Assembly: GCA_016791345.1 (NCBI GenBank)
Contig: JAEUMW010000126.1
Span: forward strand, 1 to 39,814
Length of the DNA stretch: 39,814 bases
DNA from: Betaproteobacteria bacterium
GTDB lineage: Bacteria; Pseudomonadota; Gammaproteobacteria; Burkholderiales; JAEUMW01
Reading direction: 5' to 3'
Part shown: positions 35,708 through 39,814 of the stretch, piece by piece
Numbering within the stretch: position 1 is the first letter of the stretch
How the letters are laid out: each line of letters starts with the position of its first letter
The notes under the pieces: generated by a model
Seen by the model: the letters and a program-made list of their open reading frames with translations, nothing else
Databases searched by the model: none
Told to the model about the DNA's origin: nothing
Translations under genes and position numbers: made by a program

Positions 35708-36288
35708 GCGGTCTTCCCGGGTACCGACAGCTCGCCGTGGCGGAAGCAGTCGACGGTGTGGTCGTTCACCATGCCGACCGACTGCATGAGCGCGTAGCAG
35801 ATGGTGGAACCCACGAATTTGAAGCCGCGCGCGAGCAATGCCTTGCTCATGGCATCGGATTCCGGCGTATGCGCCGGCACCTCGGCGAGCGTGCGTCGCG
35901 CCGGCTGCTGCGGCGCACCGCCCACGAAGCGCCAGAGGAAGCGATCGAGGCTCTCGCCATCGTCGACGAGCCGCAGGTATGCACGCGCGTTGCCGATCGC
36001 CGCCGCCACCTTCAGCCGGTTGCGCACGATGCCCGGGTCGGCAAGCAGCGTCTGCATCTGCTGCGCGTCGAAGCGGGCGATGCGCTCGGGATCGAAGCCG
36101 GCGAAGACCCGGCGATAGCCTTCGCGTTTCCTGAGGATGGTGAGCCACGACAGCCCGGCCTGCGCGCCTTCGAGGATGAGCATCTCGAACAGGCGGCGAT
36201 CGTCGTGCACCGGTACACCCCATTCCGCGTCGTGATAGGCGACATAGAGGGGATCGGACCGGCACCAACCGCAACGGACGCGCTCCAT
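35704..36288 (-). CDS. tag: DNA-3-methyladenine glycosylase I
   Basis: RCGWC...YHDAEWGVPVHDDRRLFEMLILEGAQAGLSWLTILRKRE...HTVDCF shows the canonical Tag zinc-snap and HhH motifs. Confidence 0.93.
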   Translation of the reverse strand: MERVRCGWCRSDPLYVAYHDAEWGVPVHDDRRLFEMLILEGAQAGLSWLTILRKREGYRRVFAGFDPERIARFDAQQMQTLLADPGIVRNRLKVAAAIGNARAYLRLVDDGESLDRFLWRFVGGAPQQPARRTLAEVPAHTPESDAMSKALLARGFKFVGSTICYALMQSVGMVNDHTVDCFRHGELSVPGKTA

Positions 36289-36304
36289 TCCGGCGGCGTC
36301 GGCC

Positions 36305-36685
36305 CTAGTTGAGATCGAGGGCGTGACGCTTCAAGTCCGCAAGACTGACGACCTCGAGCGCCGCTTCGTGAGTTGCGCCGAGCACCACTGGCGGTGCGAC
36401 GCCGGCTGCGAGCGCTTCCTTCCACCGCGCCGCGCACAGACACCACTTGTCACCCGGCTGCAGACCGGGAAAGCCGGACGCCGGTGCCGGCGTCGAGAGG
36501 TCGTTGCCCCGGGTGCTCGAAAACGCGAGAAACTCCGCCGTCATCCTCGCACAGACGACGTGCAGCCCGACATCCTGCGGACTCGTGTCGCAGCGCCCGG
36601 TGCGGAAAAAGCCCGTCAGCGGCGACGTGCAGCACGACTCAAGCATGCCGCCGAGAACGTTGCGCGGACCTTCCCCCATCTTCAC
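36305..36685 (-). CDS. DUF2237 family protein
   Basis: NVLGGMLESCCTSPLTGFFRTGRCDT...HVVCARMTAEFLAFS...GDKWCLCAARW is the typical DUF2237 signature. Confidence 0.8.
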   Translation of the reverse strand: MKMGEGPRNVLGGMLESCCTSPLTGFFRTGRCDTSPQDVGLHVVCARMTAEFLAFSSTRGNDLSTPAPASGFPGLQPGDKWCLCAARWKEALAAGVAPPVVLGATHEAALEVVSLADLKRHALDLN

Positions 36686-36751
36686 GGCTCACCTCCAGCA
36701 GATCGACGGCTGCAAGCCTAACCTCGGGGAAAAGGGGTCGCAAGCGTTGCA

Positions 36752-37084
36752 TCAGTCTTCGGTTCTGCAGTCGCGATGGATGACCCTGCCGCTGCGCTCG
36801 ATGGTGGCCTCGCGACCCTTCGACCAATAGACCGTGGTGCCGTCGCTGAAGCGGGCGCCGGAGCCACTGCGCACCTGCTTGATCTCGTACAGGACGCCAC
36901 CCAGTTCGAGTCGCGCACGATCCCCGGACGGCCACATGAGCACGCCGAAGCGGGTGCCGTCGGCGCACGTGTATTCGTACTGCCGGCTGCCCGGCGGAAT
37001 CGAGGAAGGCGGGGCGTCGGGCATCTGGCTACACGCTGCCAATCCGAGGACGGCGGCCGCGGCGCCGCGCAGCGCAAGGTTCAT
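36752..37084 (-). CDS. mliC: MliC-family lipoprotein (membrane-bound lysozyme inhibitor fold)
   Basis: The real start MNLALRGAAAAVLGLAAC has a lipobox and AGGAGA 6 nt upstream. YTCADG...SGSGARFSDG...YWSKGREA...C is the MliC pattern. Confidence 0.7.
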   Translation of the reverse strand: MNLALRGAAAAVLGLAACSQMPDAPPSSIPPGSRQYEYTCADGTRFGVLMWPSGDRARLELGGVLYEIKQVRSGSGARFSDGTTVYWSKGREATIERSGRVIHRDCRTED

Positions 37085-37133
37085 GGAGCGTCTCCTGATC
37101 GATAGGAAGCCGGGATGACGCGAGCGACGGGCG

Positions 37134-37511
37134 TCAGCGCAATGCGATCCACAGCGCGAGACCGCCCATGGCCGCTGCGAGCAGTGCCGACACCCAGCCG
37201 AGCAGGCGCGTCTTCTGCCGCAGCGCTTCCAGCGTCGCGACGACCTGGGCATGCTGATCGGCGAGACTGCGGATCACCTCGGTCGCCGAGACGAGATCCG
37301 TCTCGAGTTCCACGATGCGTTCGTGCAGTGCGTGGAGTTGCGGCCCGCCGACAGCGGGCGCGACCGCCTCGGGCGCGGCAGCTTGCTCTGCCCGAATTTT
37401 CCTCTGCAGCGCGGCGACCATTTTCCTGGCGGTGCCCAGCACCACGGGCGCCGCCGCGACGACATCGGTCCAGGGCACCGCGCGGATAGCGCGGATCCAT
37501 CCTGCCGCCAT
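37134..37511 (-). CDS. Hypothetical tail-anchored coiled-coil protein (ElaB/DUF883-like architecture only)
   Basis: 125 aa with high GC3. A central heptad-like segment (LHERIVELETDLVSATEVIRSLADQHAQVVATLEALRQK) is followed by one C-terminal TM helix (LLGWVSALLAAAMGGLALWIAL). It starts 3 nt after the VOC stop. Confidence 0.6.
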   Translation of the reverse strand: MAAGWIRAIRAVPWTDVVAAAPVVLGTARKMVAALQRKIRAEQAAAPEAVAPAVGGPQLHALHERIVELETDLVSATEVIRSLADQHAQVVATLEALRQKTRLLGWVSALLAAAMGGLALWIALR

Positions 37512-37514
37512 GCT

Positions 37515-37916
37515 TCAGGCCGTCGCGCTGCCCGGCGCGGTATAGGTGATCGCGTAGAAGACCGCGCCCTGCGGATCCTGCAGCAGGCAGAAGCGGCCGA
37601 CGCCGGGGATCTCGCGCGGCGGAAAGAGCAGCGTTCCGCCGAGCTCGACTGCCTGCCGGGCAGTCGCGTCGACGTCTGCGACAGTGACATAGACGCCCCA
37701 CTGCGGCGGCATCGTCGCGCACTGTTTCGGCGGTGCCATGATGCCGCCCACCGGCGCGCCGGCCACGCTCACCACCGAATAATCCATGCCTTCCATCGCC
37801 ATGTCCTGCATCTGCCAGCCGAAGAGCTGCGCGTAGAAGTGCTTCGCGGCGTTCACGTCGGGGGTCATGAGCTCGCACCAGCTGAAGGCGCCCTGCTGCT
37901 TGAAGGGATCGTTCAT
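37515..37916 (-). CDS. VOC (glyoxalase/bleomycin-resistance) family protein
   Basis: 133 aa. FSWCELMTPDVNAAKHFYAQLFGW...WGVYVTVADVDATARQAVELGGTLL...PGVGRFCLLQDPQGAVF is a typical single-module VOC fold. Confidence 0.85.
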   Translation of the reverse strand: MNDPFKQQGAFSWCELMTPDVNAAKHFYAQLFGWQMQDMAMEGMDYSVVSVAGAPVGGIMAPPKQCATMPPQWGVYVTVADVDATARQAVELGGTLLFPPREIPGVGRFCLLQDPQGAVFYAITYTAPGSATA

Positions 37917-38364
37917 GGGAGGCTCCGGTGAGAAGCGGTTGGAAATCGGCGGTCGCAGCGCGCGGCCGCGATGCGGATCGACGCGCGAGCCGCGACCGCA
38001 GGCACGGCGGCAGCGTTGGCCGTTAGTGTACTTCGGGTACGCCGCGTTCGAGATCCTTGCGCATCTGCGCGAGGCAGCCGTGACAGATGCCGTGTGGCCC
38101 GCTGCGGCATGCGTTCCTGCTCGGAGTCGCCCTGGCTGTCTTGCCGTGGGTGTTTCCCAACGCAGCCATCTTTGCTATAAAGGCAACAAACACCAAGTGG
38201 CGCCCCATCGCCCGTCCCCCTCCATCGCTTTGCTTTCCAGAGGTTCTATCGCATTGATAAGAACGATTATCGGCACGTTCACTGATGCAGGCCGCGATGT
38301 CGCGCGCGATCACCAGCCCGGGAGCAGACACGTCGAGCGCAGGTACTACCTCACTGACGCGGAG

Positions 38365-39420
38365 ATGTCGGCCCGCTTCGGCGCCATTCCCTGTCTGGAC
38401 GGGTTGCGTGCGATCAGCATCCTCCTCGTCCTTTTCTCGCACTTCGTAAGCGCGATATTTCCCGGCGGATTCGGCGTGCTGGTGTTCTTCGTCATCAGCG
38501 GCTTTCTCATCACGCGCCTGTTGTTCGCAGAGTTGAAGGCGCGAGAACGCGTTTCACTCAGGAATTTCTACATCCGCAGATTTCTGCGGCTGTATCCGGC
38601 CATCGGCGTCTACACGGTCGTCATCGTCGCTCTCTTTTACTTCAGACAGGCGCCGATTCACTGGCCGGAACCTGCCTCGGCACTCTTCTATTTTGCCAAC
38701 TATCTCTATGCCGGATTCTCGATCGAGGGAAAAGAGGGTGGAACGATGCCTTTTTCCATCTTCTGGTCGCTGTCGGTCGAGGAGCACTTCTACATCCTGT
38801 TTCCTGCCGTCTTCGTCGCCGCGCACGGCAACCCGAAACGGCTTGCGACAGTGCTGGTGGCGGTATGTATCGGTGCCCTGGCTTTGCGTCTCATCGGCGC
38901 TGCCGTCTTCCCGGAGCGGCTCCAGACCTTGTATTTCATGTACGAGACCCAGTTCCGTCTCGATTCTCTCGCCGTCGGCGTGCTGGTCGCCGTACTCTGC
39001 GAAGCGAACCGGGGGCGGGATCTGGTGCGCCGCCTCGCGCGCCCGCTGCCGATTGCGATTGCCGCGGCGGTGCTCTTGCTTTGCTTCGCGATCCGCGACC
39101 CGTGGTTCCGCGAAACCCTGCGCTACACGCTGCAGTCTGCCGCTGTCGCGGTCATTCTCATCGGCATCCTGTTCTCCGGTCGCAATACGGTGGTCAACAG
39201 AATGCTGAACCTGCCGATCGCGACCTGGATCGGCAGACTGAGCTATTCGCTTTACGTGTGGCACCTGGTGCCGCTGCCGTTTCTTGACGGGCTGCTTTCC
39301 GGGAAGGAGGAGGTGGCGGTCGCGCGCGTCGTCTTCAGCATCGCGTTCGCCGCGCTTTCCTACTATTGCCTGGAACAACCGCTGATCGGTCTGCGTCACC
39401 GTTTCGGGTCGGTGCGCTGA
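38365..39420 (+). CDS. Acyltransferase_3 family membrane O-acyltransferase
   Basis: LDGLRAISILLVLFSHF, VFFVISGFLIT, FWSLSVEEHFY and about 10 TM segments. The start was chosen at MSARFG, and the track ORF start at 37867 is upstream read-through. The exact start is uncertain because the SD abuts the ATG. Confidence 0.85.
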   Translation: MSARFGAIPCLDGLRAISILLVLFSHFVSAIFPGGFGVLVFFVISGFLITRLLFAELKARERVSLRNFYIRRFLRLYPAIGVYTVVIVALFYFRQAPIHWPEPASALFYFANYLYAGFSIEGKEGGTMPFSIFWSLSVEEHFYILFPAVFVAAHGNPKRLATVLVAVCIGALALRLIGAAVFPERLQTLYFMYETQFRLDSLAVGVLVAVLCEANRGRDLVRRLARPLPIAIAAAVLLLCFAIRDPWFRETLRYTLQSAAVAVILIGILFSGRNTVVNRMLNLPIATWIGRLSYSLYVWHLVPLPFLDGLLSGKEEVAVARVVFSIAFAALSYYCLEQPLIGLRHRFGSVR

Positions 39421-39493
39421 CAGGCATTCTGCGCACTCGAGCGCCGGTGGCGCTGCTGGGGCTTTCGATGTCGGGCATGCGTCGAGGTCCCGC

Positions 39494-39814
39494 CTAAAGG
39501 ATCTCTGCCGCGTGATCGGCCAGCCGCGATCGCTCGCCGCGCTGCAGGGTGACATGACCGCTGTGGCTCCAGCCCTTGAAGCGGTCGACGACGTACGTGA
39601 GTCCGGAACTGCCCTCCGTGAGGTAGGGCGTATCGATCTGCGAGATGTTGCCGAGGCAGACCACCTTAGTGCCCGGTCCGGCGCGCGTGATGAGCGTCTT
39701 CATCTGCTTCGGCGTCAGGTTCTGGCACTCGTCGATGATCAGGAACTTGTTGATGAAGGTGCGTCCGCGCATGAAGTTGAGCGACTTCACCTTGATGCGT
39801 GAGCGGATGAGATC
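39494..39814 (-). CDS. PhoH2/YlaK-like ATPase, C-terminal 106 residues (5' end beyond the window)
   Basis: The frame is open to the window edge. FLIIDECQNLTPKQMKTLITRAGPGTKVVCLGNISQIDTPYL...VDRFKGW...GHVTLQRGERSRLA is the PhoH C-terminal signature. Confidence 0.85.
   Translation of the reverse strand, partial: DLIRSRIKVKSLNFMRGRTFINKFLIIDECQNLTPKQMKTLITRAGPGTKVVCLGNISQIDTPYLTEGSSGLTYVVDRFKGWSHSGHVTLQRGERSRLADHAAEIL

Noticed and set aside
1-39814. Search for CRISPR arrays, tRNA/rRNA genes, IS elements, integrases, phage genes and recognisable defence systems.
   Set aside because: Reading the few intergenic regions turned up no direct-repeat/spacer periodicity, no cloverleaf-like segments, and no transposase, integrase or defence-associated domains. 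The PhoH2-like gene at the 3' edge is truncated and cannot be assessed.

Overview
High-GC (roughly two-thirds G+C by eye) chromosomal segment from a Gram-negative bacterium, most likely a beta- or gamma-proteobacterium. It is densely coding. I support 36 CDS plus one low-confidence upstream ORF, and I saw no rRNA, tRNA, CRISPR array, transposase or integrase. Most of the long ORFs in the six-frame track are antisense or out-of-frame shadow ORFs of the real genes, as expected at this GC content. Gene order: methylmalonyl-CoA mutase operon (mutA' -mutB-meaB); Tat-exported PhoX phosphatase; DadA-like FAD oxidoreductase; a minus-strand operon of iorA/iorB-like molybdo-hydroxylase, MocA-like cytidylyltransferase and a Sel1-repeat protein; amidase <- tsaE head-to-head with queG -> signal-less GGT -> corA; an unannotated 45-aa membrane protein; a CrtI-family FAD oxidoreductase; glcD-(DUF937/Ala-repeat gene)-glcE-glcF; an OYE/NemA reductase; a 598-aa zeta-toxin-like P-loop protein plus a stand-alone Pat-type GNAT; a REC-PAS-GGDEF-EAL protein; a cytoplasmic molybdopterin oxidoreductase plus 7Fe ferredoxin; an eight-gene minus-strand string (VOC, tail-anchored protein, MliC, DUF2237, tag, lipoprotein, YbaY-like lipoprotein, EgtB); an acyltransferase_3 gene; and a truncated PhoH2-like ATPase. 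This looks like core chromosome rather than a mobile or defence island, and I cannot point to a clear-cut novel system. The best candidate is the P-loop kinase-like/GNAT pair at 25717-28138. The next most unusual observations are the tsaE/queG start codons sharing one 12-nt palindrome, a ~31% GC patch inside tsaE, and a repeat-rich DUF937 gene inside the glycolate oxidase operon. All functional calls come from reading the translated motifs by eye. No database search was run.
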